The notes under the pieces are model-generated. The model was not told the DNA's origin. It did not search any database and saw nothing but the letters and a program-made list of their open reading frames with translations. Below are positions 1-19,420 of a DNA stretch of 64,000 nucleotides, in pieces. Each line of letters begins with the position of its first letter. The stretch's first letter is position 1. Source of the DNA: the human T2T-CHM13v2.0 reference genome, Homo sapiens; assembly GCF_009914755.1 (NCBI RefSeq), contig NC_060948.1. One strand, given 5' to 3'. A program made the position numbers and the translations under genes.

Positions 1-73
1 TGGTCTTGATCTCTTCACCTTGTGATCCCCTTGCCTTGGCCTCCAAATTTGCTGGGATTACAGGCCTGAGCCA
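1..73 (-). mobile_element. Alu, partial left-arm end (cut by window edge)
   Basis: gctgggattacaggcctgagcca is the reverse complement of the Alu 5' region TGGCTCA(C)GCCTGTAATCCCAGC. Confidence 0.9.
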
Positions 74-640
74 AGATCCATATTTTTTAAATGAAAAAAA
101 ATTTCAAAGGTACTCTGCTTGGTACAATAATCAAATGTATAAACTGAGGAATAAAACATAACCATGAAACCTACATATAACTGCATATGGAAAATACAGA
201 GGATAATTTTTTAAATAACATATTTTGAAAGCCTTAACTAGTAATTTGAAGAGTTGGCATTTGAAAGGCCAGTATGAATATACCTTCAAAGCAGCAACAC
301 AGGTTCCCCATGAGAAAAAGCAAACACAGGGAAAATAAAAACACAAAGGTTCAATCTCTTCTGACCTTTGAAAGACACAGCACAGACAGTGGTCCTTAGG
401 ACGAAGAGCAGGAGACCCCTAATTCCGTCACCATGGCGATAGGGCATAAACATTGCTGGGTGAGGGCACAATCCACATTGTGAGGTCCAACTGCTGCCAG
501 GAAGACAGGAGTGCTTTTACATAGACCGAAAGGTCATTGAAGGCTCAGAGTTTTGTTTCAAGAACTGAATCCCAAGCCCACACGTTATTAGGCTGCGCTT
601 CTTAAAACAAGTTATGAGATGGGAAAAAGGGCACCCACAA
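74..640. repeat. HSATI-like mixed-composition segment of the DYZ2 unit (first copy; recurs directly after every Alu)
   Basis: Seen: ~570 bp of non-simple sequence between the Alu end (...gagcca 73) and the onset of the AT block (...gcacccacaaacatac), near-invariant in all 27 copies. The HSATI name comes from the known DYZ2 structure; boundaries are approximate. Confidence 0.75.
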
Positions 641-2488
<1,848 letters not shown>

Positions 2489-4611
2489 AGATCCATATTT
2501 TTTAAATGAAAAAAAATTTCAAAGGTACTCTGCTTGGTACAATAATCAAATGTATAAACTGAGGAATAAAACATAACCATGAAACCTACTTATAACTGCA
2601 TATGGAAAATACAGAGGATAATTTTTTAAATAACATATTTTGAAAGCCTTAACTAGTAATTTGAAGAGTTGGCATTTGAAAGGCCAGTATGAATATACCT
2701 TCAAAGCAGCAACACAGGTTCCCCATGAGAAAAAGCAAACACAGGGAAAATAAAAACACAAAGGTTCAATCTCTTCTGACCTTTGAAAGACACAGCACAG
2801 ACAGTGGTCCTTAGGACGAAGAGCAGGAGACCCCTAATTCCGTCACCATGGCGATAGGGCATAAACATTGCTGGGTGAGGGCACAATCCACATTGTGAGG
2901 TCCAACTGCTGCCAGGAAGACAGGAGTGCTTTTACATAGACCGAAAGGTCATTGAAGGCTCAGAGTTTTGTTTCAAGAACTGAATCCCAAGCCCACACGT
3001 TATTAGGCTGCGCTTCTTAAAACAAGTTATGAGATGGGAAAAAGGGCACCCACAAACATACGTATACATTATGTATATAATAATATACAGTATCATATAT
3101 ATAATATATATAACCTATGTATAATATTGTTTTACATCCTGCATCCTATGTTATATATATTGTATAAAATATAATAATTGATAATATATAAGTTTTATAA
3201 TTATACAATATGACATATAGTATATATTATAATTTATGACATATATAATATATGTTATATATCATATATAGAATATATTATACGGTTAATATACGTATTA
3301 AATATAAATTATACATTATATATATTATATATAATATATCTGTTATATATAATACCCATTATGCATAATATATATATTATGTCTATGTTATATATAGTAT
3401 AAAACAACATATAATAATATATAATTGTATATATAAAATGCGACATATAATATATATTATATTTTATAACATATGTAATATATATTATATATAATACGTT
3501 GTATGTATAATACCTATATTAAATATATATTATATGACTGTGTTATTAATTACATGTCACATGTGTTATGTATTATATATTTTACATAGAATATACCGGT
3601 TACATACAATATATACTATGTTACCTATAATGTATAATTTATTACATGTAAAATAAAGAATGCAATATATTATGTATAATTTATAATATACAATATGTGG
3701 AATGTGATATATGTAACATATAATATATGATATATGATATACAGTATATGATATATAACATACAATATATGATTCCTAATATATATGGTATACAATATAT
3801 ATTTTATGATATGTATTCTATATGTTTTATATTCTGTTATGTATAACTATTTGAAATTATATATAACTGTATAATATTTTATGTAAATATGTAATATAAT
3901 ATATATAACTATATAATATATTATATATAACTATATATTATGTTATATATACTTTTATAACATAATTTACATAAAATATCATAATATAATATATAGTATA
4001 ATATTTCATATTACATAATATATATTACATATCACCCAATATAACTAACATACATAATATTATAATATAGATTATATTATGTTATATTAAATATCATATA
4101 TATCATGTATCATATATTCTATAATATATATTACACATTATATAATATGTATGTTGTCTATTATGTGATATATATAACTATATATATAATTATATTTTTA
4201 TACATATAACTGGATAAACATGTAATTCTACATATTTTCATTTATAATATGTAGAATTATATAATCATATATAATTATTTATATTCTATAAAAAATTTTA
4301 TCATTATATAAATTATAATATATAAAAATTATAATATGTACTACAAATATATATATATTATATATCATATATGATATAGTACCTTTGTTATATATCATAA
4401 TACATATAAATGTGTATTATGTTATCTATAATTATATAATTTCATATATAAGATGTATAATATGTATCATATATTATATATGTTATGTAATATATATAGT
4501 ATATATAAGATGACACAGGATAAATATTATATACTATGACATATAAAATATATGAGGTTATATGTTACATATAAGGCATAGCACATAACATGTAATATAT
4601 ATCATGTATAA

Positions 4612-4903
4612 TTTTTTTTTAGACAGAATCTTGTCCTGTTGCACAGGGTGGGGTAAAATGGCGCCATCTTTGCTCACTGCAACTTCTGCCTCACGGGTCC
4701 AAGCGATTGTCCTCCCTCAGCCTCCCAGGTAGCTGGGACTACACCACACTGGGACTACACCAGCTGCCACCATGCCTAGCTAATTTTTTGGATTTTTAGT
4801 AGTGACAGCGTTTCACTGTATTGGCCAGGATGGTCTTGATCTCTTCACCTTGTGATTCCCTTGCCTTGGCCTCCAAATTTGCTGGGATTACAGGCCTGAG
4901 CCA
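4612..4903 (-). mobile_element. Diverged Alu copy in DYZ2 unit
   Basis: Near-identical to 2197-2488. Confidence 0.93.
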
Positions 4904-7010
4904 AGATCCATATTTTTTAAATGAAAAAAAATTTCAAAGGTACTCTGCTTGGTACAATAATCAAATGTATAAACTGAGGAATAAAACATAACCATGAAAC
5001 CTACTTATAACTGCATATGGAAAATACAGAGGATAATTTTTTAAATAACATATTTTGAAAGACTTAACTAGTAATTTGAAGAGTTGGCATTTGAAAGGCC
5101 AGTATGAATATACCTTCAAAGCAGCAACACAGGTTCCCCATGAGAAAAAGCAAACACAGGGAAAATAAAAACACAAAGGTTCAATCTCTTCTGACCTTTG
5201 AAAGACACAGCACAGACAGTGGTCCTTAGGACGAAGAGCAGGAGACCCCTAATTCCGTCACCATGGCGATAGGGCATAAACATTGCTGGGTGAGGGCACA
5301 ATCCACATTGTGAGGTCCAACTGCTGCCAGGAAGACAGGAGTGCTTTTACATAGACCGAAAGGTCATTGAAGGCTCAGAGTTTTGTTTCAAGAACTGAAT
5401 CCCAAGCCCACACGTTATTAGGCTGCGCTTCTTAAAACAAGTTATGAGATGGGAAAAAGGGCACCCACAAACATACGTATACATTATGTATATAATAATA
5501 TACAGTATCATATATATAATATATATAACCTATGTATAATATTGTTTTACATCCTGCATCCTATGTTATATATATTGTATAAAATATAATAATTGATAAT
5601 ATATAAGTTTTATAATTATACAATATGACATATAGTATATATTATAATTTATGACATATATAATATATGTTATATATCATATATAGAATATATTATACGG
5701 TTAATATACGTATTAAATATAAATTATACATTATATATATTATATATAATATATCTGTTATATATAATACCCATTATGCATAATATATATATTATGTCTA
5801 TGTTATATATAGTATAAAACAACAAATAATAATATATAATTGTATATATAAAATGCGACATATAATATATATTATATTTTATAACATATGTAATATATAT
5901 TATATATTATATATAATACGTTGTATGTATAATACCTATATTAAATATATATTATATGACTATGTTATTAATTACATGTCACATGTGTTATGTATTATAT
6001 ATTTTACGTAGAATATACCGGTTACATACAATATATACTATGTTACCTATAATGTATAATTTATTACATGTAAAATAAAGAATGCAATATATTATGTATA
6101 ATTTATAATATAAAATATGTGGAATGTGATATATGTAACATATAATATATGATATATGATATACAGTATATGATATATAACATACAATATATGATTCCTA
6201 ATATATATGGTATACAATATATATTTTATGATATGTATTCTATATGTTTTATATTCTGTTATATATAACTATTTGAAATTATAAATAACTGTATAATATT
6301 TTATGTAAATATGTAATATAATATATATAACTATATAATATATTATATATAACTATATATTATGTTATATATACTTTTATAACATAATTTACATAAAATA
6401 TCATAATATAATATATATTATAATATTTCATATTACATAATATATATTACATATCACCCAATATAACTAACATACATAATATTATAATATAGATTATATT
6501 ATGTTATATTAAATATCATATATATCATGTATCATATATTCTATAATATATATTACACATTATATAATATGTATGTTGTCTATTATGTGATATATATAAC
6601 TATATATATAATTATATTTTTATACATATAACTAGATAAACATGTAATTCTACATATTTTCATTTATAATATGTAGAATTATATAATCATATATAATTAT
6701 TAATATTCTATAAAAAATTTTATCATTATATAAATTATAATATATAAAAATTATAATATGTACTACAAATATATATATATTATATATCATATATGATATA
6801 GTACCTTTGTTATATATCATAATACATATAAATGTGTATTATGTTATCTATAATTATATAATTTCATATATAAGATGTATAATATGTATCATATATTATA
6901 TATGTTATGTAATATATATAGTATATATAAGATGACACAGGATAAATATTATATACTATGACATATAAAATATATGAGGTTATATGTTACATATAAGGCA
7001 TAGCACATAA

Positions 7011-7325
<315 letters not shown>

Positions 7326-9429
7326 AGATCCATATTTTTTAAATGAAAAAAAATTTCAAAGGTACTCTGCTTGGTACAATAATCAAATGTATAAACTGAG
7401 GAATAAAACATAACCATGAAACCTACTTATAACTGCATATGGAAAATACAGAGGATAATTTTTTAAATAACATATTTTGAAAGCCTTAACTAGTAATTTG
7501 AAGAGTTGGCATTTGAAAGGCCAGTATGAATATACCTTCAAAGCAGCAACACAGGTTCCCCATGAGAAAAAGCAAACACAGGGAAAATAAAAACACAAAG
7601 GTTCAATCTCTTCTGACCTTTGAAAGACACAGCACAGACAGTGGTCCTTAGGACGAAGAGCAGGAGACCCCTAATTCCGTCACCATGGCGATAGGGCATA
7701 AACATTGCTGGGTGAGGGCACAATCCACATTGTGAGGTCCAACTGCTGCCAGGAAGACAGGAGTGCTTTTACATAGACCGAAAGGTCATTGAAGGCTCAG
7801 AGTTTTGTTTCAAGAACTGAATCCCAAGCCCACACGTTATTAGGCTGCGCTTCTTAAAACAAGTTATGAGATGGGAAAAAGGGCACCCACAAACATACGT
7901 ATACATTATGTATATAATAATATACAGTATCATATATATAATATATATAACCTATGTATAATATTGTTTTACATCCTGCATCCTATGTTATATATATTGT
8001 ATAAAATATAATAATTGATAATATATAAGTTTTATAATTATACAATATGACATATAGTATATATTATAATTTATGACATATATAATATATGTTATATATC
8101 ATATATAGAATATATTATACGGTTAATATACGTATTAAATATAAATTATACATTATATATATTATATATAATATATCTGTTATATTTAATACCCATTATG
8201 CATAATATATATATTATGTCTATGTTATATATAGTATAAAACAACATATAATAATATATAATTGTATATATAAAATGCGACATATAATATATATTATATT
8301 TTATAACATATGTAATATATATTATATATTATATATAATACGTTGTATGTATAATACCTATATTAAATATATATTATATGACTATGTTATTAATTACATG
8401 TCACATGTGTTATATATTATATATTTTACGTAGAATATACCGGTTACATACAATATATACTATGTTACCTATAATGTATAATTTATTACATGTAAAATAA
8501 AGAATGCAATATATTATGTATAATTTATAATATAAAATATGTGGAATGTGATATATGTAACATATAATATATGATATATGATATATAGTATATGATATAT
8601 AACATACAATATATGATTCCTAATATATATGGTATAGAATATATATTTTATGATATGTATTCTATATGTTTTATATTCTGTTATATATAACTATTTGAAA
8701 TTATATATAACTGTATAATATTTTATGTAAATATGTAATATAATATATATAACTATATAATATATTATATATAACTATATATTATGTTATATATACTTTT
8801 ATAACATAATTTACATAAAATATCATAATATAATATATATTATAATATTTCATATTACATAATATATATTACATATCACCCAATATAACTAACATACAAA
8901 ATATTATAATATAGATTATATTATGTTATATTAAATATCATATATATCATGTATCATATATTCTATAATATATATTACACATTATATAATATGTATGTTG
9001 TCTATTATGTGATATATTTAACTATATATATAATTATATTTTTATACATATAACTAGATAAACATGTAATTCTACATATTTTCATTTATAATATGTAGAA
9101 TTATATAATCATATATAATTATTAATATTCTATAAAAATTTTATCATTATATAAATTATAATATATAAAAATTATAATATGTACTACAAATATATATATA
9201 ATATATCATATATGATATAGTACATTTGTTATATATCATAATACATATAAATGTGTATTATGTTATCTATAATTATATAATTTCATATATAAGATGTATA
9301 ATATGTATCATATATTATATATGTTATGTAATATATATAGTATATATAAGATGACACAGGATAAATATTATATACTATGACATATAAAATATATGATTTT
9401 ATATGTTACATATAAGGCATAGCACATAA

Positions 9430-9744
<315 letters not shown>

Positions 9745-11872
9745 AGATCCATATTTTTTAAATGAAAAAAAATTTCAACGGTACTCTGCTTGGTACAATA
9801 ATCAAATGTATAAACTGAGGAATAAAACATAACCATGAAACCTACTTATAACTGCATATGGAAAATACAGAGGATAATTTTTTAAATAACATATTTTGAA
9901 AGCCTTAACTAGTAATTTGAAGAGTTGGCATTTGAAAGGCCAGTATGAATATACCTTCAAAGCAGCAACACAGGTTCCCCATGAGAAAAAGCAAACACAG
10001 GGAAAATAAAAACACAAAGGTTCAATCTCTTCTGACCTTTGAAAGACACAGCACAGACAGTGGTCCTTAGGACGAAGAGCAGGAGACCCCTAATTCCGTC
10101 ACCATGGCGATAGGGCATAAACATTGCTGGGTGAGGGCACAATCCACATTGTGAGGTCCAACTGCTGCCAGGAAGACAGGAGTGCTTTTACATAGACCGA
10201 AAGGTCATTGAAGGCTCAGAGTTTTGTTTCAACAACTGAATCCCAAGCCCACACGTTATTAGGCTGCGCTTCTTAAAACAAGTTATGAGATGGGAAAAAG
10301 GGCACCCACAAACATACGTATACATTATGTATATAATAATATACAGTATCATATATAATATATATAACCTATGTATAATATTGTTTTACATCCTGCATCC
10401 TATGTTATATATATTGTATAAAATATAATAATTGATAATATATAAGTTTTATAATTATACAATATGACATATAGTATATATTATAATTTATGACATATAT
10501 AATATATGTTATATATCATATATAGAATATATTATACGGTTAATATACGTATTAAATATAAATTATACATTATATATATTATATATAATATATCTGTTAT
10601 ATATAATACCCATTATGCATAATATATATATTATGTCTATGTTATATATACTATAAAACAACATATAATAATATATAATTGTATATATAAAATGCGACAT
10701 ATAATATATATTATATTTTATAACATATGTAATATATATTATATATTATATATAATACGTTGTATGTATAATACCTATATTAAATATATATTATATGACT
10801 ATGTTATTAATTACATGTCACATGTGTTATATATTATATATTTTACGTAGAATATACCGGTTACATACAATATATACTATGTTACCTATAATGTATAATT
10901 TATTACATGTAAAATAAAGAATGCAATATATTATGTATAATTTATAATATAAAATATGTGGAATGTGATATATGTAACATATAATATATGATATATGATA
11001 TACAGTATATGATATATAACATACAATATATGATTCCTAATATATATGGTATACAATATATATTTTATGATATGTATTCTATATGTTTTATATTCTGTTA
11101 TATATAACTATTTGAAATTATATATAACTGTATAATATTTTATGTAAATATGTAATATAATATATATAACTATATAATATATTATATATAACTATATATT
11201 ATGTTATATATACTTTTATAACATAATTTACATAAAATATCATAATATAATATATATTATAATATTTCATATTACATAATATATATTACATATCACCCAA
11301 TATAACTAACATACATAATATTATAATATAGATTATATTATGTTATATTAAATATCATATATATCATGTATCATATATTCTATAATATATATTACACATT
11401 ATATAATATGTATGTTGTCTATTATGTGATATATATAACTATATATATAATTATATTTTTATACATATAACTAGATAAACATGTAATTCTACATATTTTC
11501 ATTTATAATATGTAGAATTATATAATCATATATAATTATTAATATTCTATAAAAAATTTTATCATTATATAAATTATAAGATATAAAAATTATAATATGT
11601 ACTACAAATATAAATCTATTATATATCATATATGATATAGTACCTTTGTTATATATCATAATACATATAAATGTGTATTATGTTATCTATAATTATATAA
11701 TTTCATATATAAGATGTATAATATGTATCATATATTATATATGTTATGTAATATATATAGTATATATAAGATGACACAGGATAAATATTATATACTATGA
11801 CATATAAAATATATGAGGTTATATGTTACATATAAGGCATAGCACATAACATGTAATGTATATCATGTATAA

Positions 11873-12164
11873 TTTTTTTTTAGACAGAATCTTGTCCTGT
11901 TGCACAGGGTGGGGTACAATGGCGCCATCTTTGCTCACTGCAACTTCTGCCTCACGGGTCCAAGCGATTGTCCTCCCTCAGCCTCCCAGGTAGCTGGGAC
12001 TACACCACACTGGGACTACACCAGCTGCCACCATGCCTAGCTAATTTTTTGGATTTTTAGTAGTGACAGCGTTTCACTGTATTGGCCAGGATGGTCTTGA
12101 TCTCTTCACCTTGTGATCCCCTTGCCTTGGCCTCCAAATTTGCTGGGATTACAGGCCTGAGCCA
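11873..12164 (-). mobile_element. Diverged Alu copy in DYZ2 unit
   Basis: Near-identical to 2197-2488. Confidence 0.93.
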
Positions 12165-14269
12165 AGATCCATATTTTTTAAATGAAAAAAAATTTCAAAG
12201 GTACTCTGCTTGGTACAATAATCAAATGTATAAACTGAGGAATAAAACATAACCATGAAACCTACTTATAACTGCATATGGAAAATACAGAGGATAATTT
12301 TTTAAATAACATATTTTGAAAGCCTTAACTAGTAATTTGAAGAGTTGGCATTTGAAAGGCCAGTATGAATATGCCTTCAAAGCAGCAACACAGGTTCCCC
12401 ATGAGAAAAAGCAAACACAGGGAAAATAAAAACACAAAGGTTCAATCTCTTCTGACCTTTGAAAGACACAGCACAGACAGTGGTCCTTAGGACGAAGAGC
12501 AGGAGACCCCTAATTCCGTCACCATGGCGATAGGGCATAAACATTGCTGGGTGAGGGCACAATCCACATTGTGAGGTCCAACTGCTGCCAGGAAGACAGG
12601 AGTGCTTTTACATAGACCGAAAGGTCATTGAAGGCTCAGAGTTTTGTTTCAAGAACTGAATCCCAAGCCCACACGTTATTAGGCTGCGCTTCTTAAAACA
12701 AGTTATGAGATGGGAAAAAGGGCACCCACAAACATACGTATACATTATGTATATAATAATATACAGTATCATATATATAATATATATAACCTATGTATAA
12801 TATTGTTTTACATCCTGCATCCTATGTTATATATATTGTATAAAATATAATAATTGATAATATATAAGTTTTATGATTATACAATATGACATATAGTATA
12901 TATTATAATTTATGACATATATAATATATGTTATATATCATATATAGAATATATTATACGGTTAATATACGTATTAAATATAAATTATACATTATATATA
13001 TTATATATAATATATCTGTTATATATAATACCCATTATGCATAATATATATATTATGTCTATGTTATATATAGTATAAAACAACATATAATAATATATAA
13101 TTGTATATATAAAATGCGACATATAATATATATTATATTTTATAACATATGTAATATATATTATATATTATATATAATACGTTGTATGTATAATACCTAT
13201 ATTAAATATATATAATATGACTATGTTATTAATTACATGTCACATGTGTTATATATTATATATTTTACATAGAATATACCGGTTACATACAATATATACT
13301 ATGTTACCTATAATGTCTAATTTATTACATGTAAAATAAAGAATTCAATATATTATGTAAAATTTATAATATACAATATGTGGAATGTGATATATATAAC
13401 ATATAATATATGATATATGATATACGGTATATGATATATAACATACAATATATGATTCCTAATATATATGGTATACAATATATATTTTATGATATGTATT
13501 CTATATGTTTTATATTCTGTTATATATAACTATTTGATATTATATATAACTGTATAATATTTTATGTAAATATGAAATATAATATATATAACTATATACT
13601 ATATTATATATAACTATATATTATGTTATATATACTTTTATAACATAATTTACATAAAATATCATAATATAATATATATTATATTATTTCATATTACATA
13701 ATATATATTACATATCACCCAATATAACTAACATACATAATATTATAATATAGATTATATTATGTTATATTAAATATCATATATATCATGTATCATATAT
13801 TCTATAATATATATTACACATTATATAATATGTATGTTGTCTATTATGTGATATATATAACTATATATATAATTATATTTTTATACATATAACTAGATAA
13901 ACATGTAATTCTACATATTTTCATTTATAATATGTAGAATTATATAATCATATATAATTATTTATATTCTATAAAAAATTTTATCATTATATAAATTATA
14001 ATATATAAAAATTATAATATGTACTACAAATATATATATTATATATCATATATGCTATAGTACCTTTGTTATATATCATAATACATATAAATGTGTATTA
14101 TGTTATCTATAATTATATAATTTCATATATAAGTTGTATAATATGTATCATATATTATATATGTTATGTAATATATATAGTATATATAAGATGAGACAGG
14201 ATAAATATTATATACTATGACATATAAAATATATGAGGTTATATGTTACATATAAGGCATAGCACATAA

Positions 14270-14584
<315 letters not shown>

Positions 14585-16709
14585 AGATCCATATTTTTTA
14601 AATGAAAAAAATTTCAAAGGTACTCTGCTTGGTACAATAATCAAATGTATAAACTGAGGAATAAAACATAACCATGAAACCTACTTATAACTGCATATGG
14701 AAAATACAGAGGATAATTTTTTAAATAACATATTTTGAAAGCCTTAACTAGTAATTTGAAGAGTTGGCATTTGAAAGGCCAGTATGAATATACCTTCAAA
14801 GCAGCAACACAGGTTCCCCATGAGAAAAAGCAAACACAGGGAAAATAAAAACACAAAGGTTCAATCTCTTCTGACCTTTGAAAGACAAAGCACAGACAGC
14901 GGTCCTTAGGATGAAGAGCAGGAGACCCCTAATTCCGTCACCATGGCGATAGGGCATAAACATTGCTGGGTGAGGGCACAATCCACATTGTGAGGTCCAA
15001 CTGCTGCCAGGAAGACAGGAGTGCTTTTACATAGACCGAAAGGTCATTGAAGGCTCAGAGTTTTGTTTCAAGAACTGAATCCCAAGCCCACACGTTATTA
15101 GGCTGCGCTTCTTAAAACAAGTTATGAGATGGGAAAAAGGGCACCCACAAACATACGTATACATTATGTATAATAATATACAGTATCATATATATAATAT
15201 ATATAACCTATGTATAATATTGTTTTACATCCTGCATCTTATGTAATATATATTGTATAAAATATAATAATTGATAATATATAAGTTTTATATTTATACA
15301 ATATGACATATAGTATATATTATAATTTATGACATTTATAATATATGTTATATATCATATATAGAATATATTATACGGTTAATATACGTATTAAATATAA
15401 ATTATACATTATATATATTATATAAAATATATCTGTTATATATAATACCCATTATGCATAATATATATATTATGTCTATGTTATATATAGTATAAAACAA
15501 CATATAATAATATATAATTGTATATATAAAATGCGACATAGAATATATATTATATTTTATAACATATGTAATATATATTATATATTATATATAATACGTT
15601 GTATGTATAATACCTATATTAAATATATATTATATGACTATGTTATTAATTACATGTCACATGTGTTATATATTATATATTTTACATAGAATATACCGGT
15701 TACATACAATATATACTATGTTACCTATAATGTATAATTTATTACATGTAAAATAAAGAATGCAATATATTATGTATAATTTATAATATACAATATGTGG
15801 AATGTGATATATATAACATATAATATATGATATATGATATACAGTATATGATATATAACATACAATATATGATTCCTAATATATATGGTATACAATATAT
15901 ATTTTATGATATGTATTCTATATGTTTTATATTCTGTTATATATAACTATTTGAAATTATATATAACTGTATAATATTTTATGTAAATATGTAATATAAT
16001 ATATATAAATATATAATATATTATATATAACTATATATTATGTTATATATACTTTTATAACATAATTTACATAAAATATCATAATATAATATATATTATA
16101 TTATTTCATATTACATAATATATATTACATATCACCCAATATAACTAACATACATAATATTATAATATAGATTATATTGTGTTATATTAAATATCATATA
16201 TATCATGTATCATATATTCTATAATATATATTACACATTATATAATATGTATGTTGTCTATTATGTGATATATATAACTATATATATAATTATATTTTTA
16301 TACATATAACTAGATAAGCATGTAATTCTACATATTTTCATTTATAATATGTAGAATTATATAATCATATATAATTATTTATATTCTATAAAAAATTTTA
16401 TCATTATATAAATTATAATATATAAAAATTATAATATGTACTACAAATATATATATTATATATCATATATGATATAGTACCTTTGTTATATATCATAATA
16501 CATATAAATGTGTATTATGTTATCTATAATTATATAATTTCATATATAAGATGTATAATATGTATCATATATTATATATGTTATGTAATATATATAGTAT
16601 ATATAAGATGACACAGGATAAATATTATATACTATGACATATAAAATATATGAGGTTATATGTTACATATAAGGCATAGCACATAACATGTAATAAATAT
16701 CATATATAA

Positions 16710-17001
16710 TTTTTTTTTAGACAGAATCTTGTCCTGTTGCACAGGGTGGGGTACAATGGCGCCATCTTTGCTCACTGCAACTTCTGACTCACGGGTCCAA
16801 GCGATTGTCTTCCCTCAGCCTCCCAGGTAGCTGGGACTACACCACACTGGGACTACACCAGCTGCCACCATGCCTAGCTAATTTTTTGGATTTTTAGTAG
16901 TGACAGCGTTTCAGTGTATTGGCCAGGACGGTCTTGATCTCTTCACCTTGTGATCCCCTTGCCTTGGCCTCCAAATTTGCTGGGATTACAGGCCTGAGCC
17001 A
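16710..17001 (-). mobile_element. Diverged Alu copy in DYZ2 unit (several private SNVs)
   Basis: As 2197-2488 but with ctgActc, gtcTtcc, tcaGtgt and aggaCgg variants. Confidence 0.93.
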
Positions 17002-19105
17002 AGATCCATATTTTTTAAATGAAAAAAAATTTCAAAGGTACTCTGCTTGGTACAATGATCAAATGTATAAACTGAGGAATAAAACATAACCATGAAACCT
17101 ACTTATAACTGCATATGGAAAATACAGAGGATAATTTTTTAAATAACATATTTTGAAAGCCTTAACTAGTAATTTGAAGAGTTGGCATTTGAAAGGCCAG
17201 TATGAATATACCTTCAAAGCAGCAACACAGGTTCCCCATGAGAAAAAGCAAACACAGGGAAAATAAAAACACAAAGGTTCAATCTCTTCTGACCTTTGAA
17301 AGACACAGCACAGACAGTGGTCCTTAGGACGAAGAGCAGGAGACCCCTAATTCCGTCACCATGGCGATAGGGCATAAACATTGCTGGGTGAGGGCACAAT
17401 CCACATTGTGAGGTCCAACTGCTGCCAGGAAGACAGGAGTGCTTTTACATAGACCGAAAGGTCATTGAAGGCTCAGAGTTTTCTTTCAAGAACTGAATCC
17501 CAAGCCCACACGTTATTAGGCTGCGCTTCTTAAAACAAGTTATGAGATGGGAAAAAGGGCACCCACAAACATACGTATACATTATGTATATAATAATATA
17601 CAGTATCATATATATAATATATATAACCTATGTATAATATTGTTTTACATCCTGCATCTTATGTTATATATATTGTATAAAATATAATAATTGATAATAT
17701 ATAAGTTTTATAATTATACAATATGACATATAGTATATATTATAATTTATGACATATATAATATATGTTATATGTCATATATAGAATATATTATACGGTT
17801 AATATACGTATTAAATATAAATTATACATTATATATATTATATATAATATATCTGTTATATATAATACCCATTATGCATAATATATATATTATGTCTATG
17901 TTATATATAGTATAAAACAACATATAATAATATATAATTGTATATATAAAATGCGACATATAATATATATTATATTTTATAACATATGTAATATATATTA
18001 TATATTATATATAATACGTTGTATGTATAATACCTATATTAAATATATATTATATGACTATGTTATTAATTACATGTCACATGTGTTATATATTATATAT
18101 TTTACATAGAATATACCGGTTACATACAATATATACTATGTTACCTATAATGTATAATTTATTACATGTAAAATAAAGAATGCAATATATTATGTATAAT
18201 TTATAATATACAATATGTGGAATGTGATATATGTAACATATAATATATGATATATGATATACAGTATATGATATATAACATACAATATATGATTCCTAAT
18301 ATATATGGTATACAATATATATTTTATGATATGTATTCTATATGTTTTATATTCTGTTATATATAACTATTTGAAATTATATATAACTGTATAATATTTT
18401 ATGTAAATATGTAATATAATATATATAACTATATAATATATTATATATAACTATATATTATGTTATATATACTTTTATAACATAATTTACATAAAATATC
18501 ATCATATAATATATATTATATTATTTCATATTACATAATATATATTACAAATCACCCAATATAACTAACATACATAATATTATAATATAGATTATATTAT
18601 GTTATATTAAATATCATATATATCATGTATCATATATTCTATAATATATATTACACATTATATAATATGTATGTTGTCTATTATGTGATATATATAACTA
18701 TATATATAATTATATTTTTATACATATAACTGGATAAACATGTAATTCTACATATTTTCATTTATAATATGTAGAATTATATAATCATATATAATTTTTT
18801 ATATTCTATAAAAAATTTATCATTTTATAAATTATAATATATAAAAATAATAATATGTACTACAAATATATATATTATATATCATATATGATATAGTACC
18901 ATTGTTATATATCATAATACATATAAATGTGTATTATGTTATCTATAATTATATAATTTCATATATAAGATGTATAATATGTATCATATATTATATATGT
19001 TATGTAATATATATAGTATATATAAGATGACACAGGATAAATATTATATACTATGACATATAAAATATATGAGGTTATATGTTACATATAAGGCATAGCA
19101 CATAA

Positions 19106-19420
<315 letters not shown>

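Noticed and set aside
131-346. 71-aa minus-strand ORF repeated 27 times
   Set aside because: It has a non-ATG start, F/Y/L/C-rich composition typical of AT-rich noncoding DNA, and no recognisable domain. Its conservation just reflects near-identical satellite copies.
286-471. 61-aa minus-strand ORF repeated 27 times
   Set aside because: It is short, has a non-ATG start, overlaps the other ORF and resembles no family I recognise. The few variants are mostly nonsynonymous.
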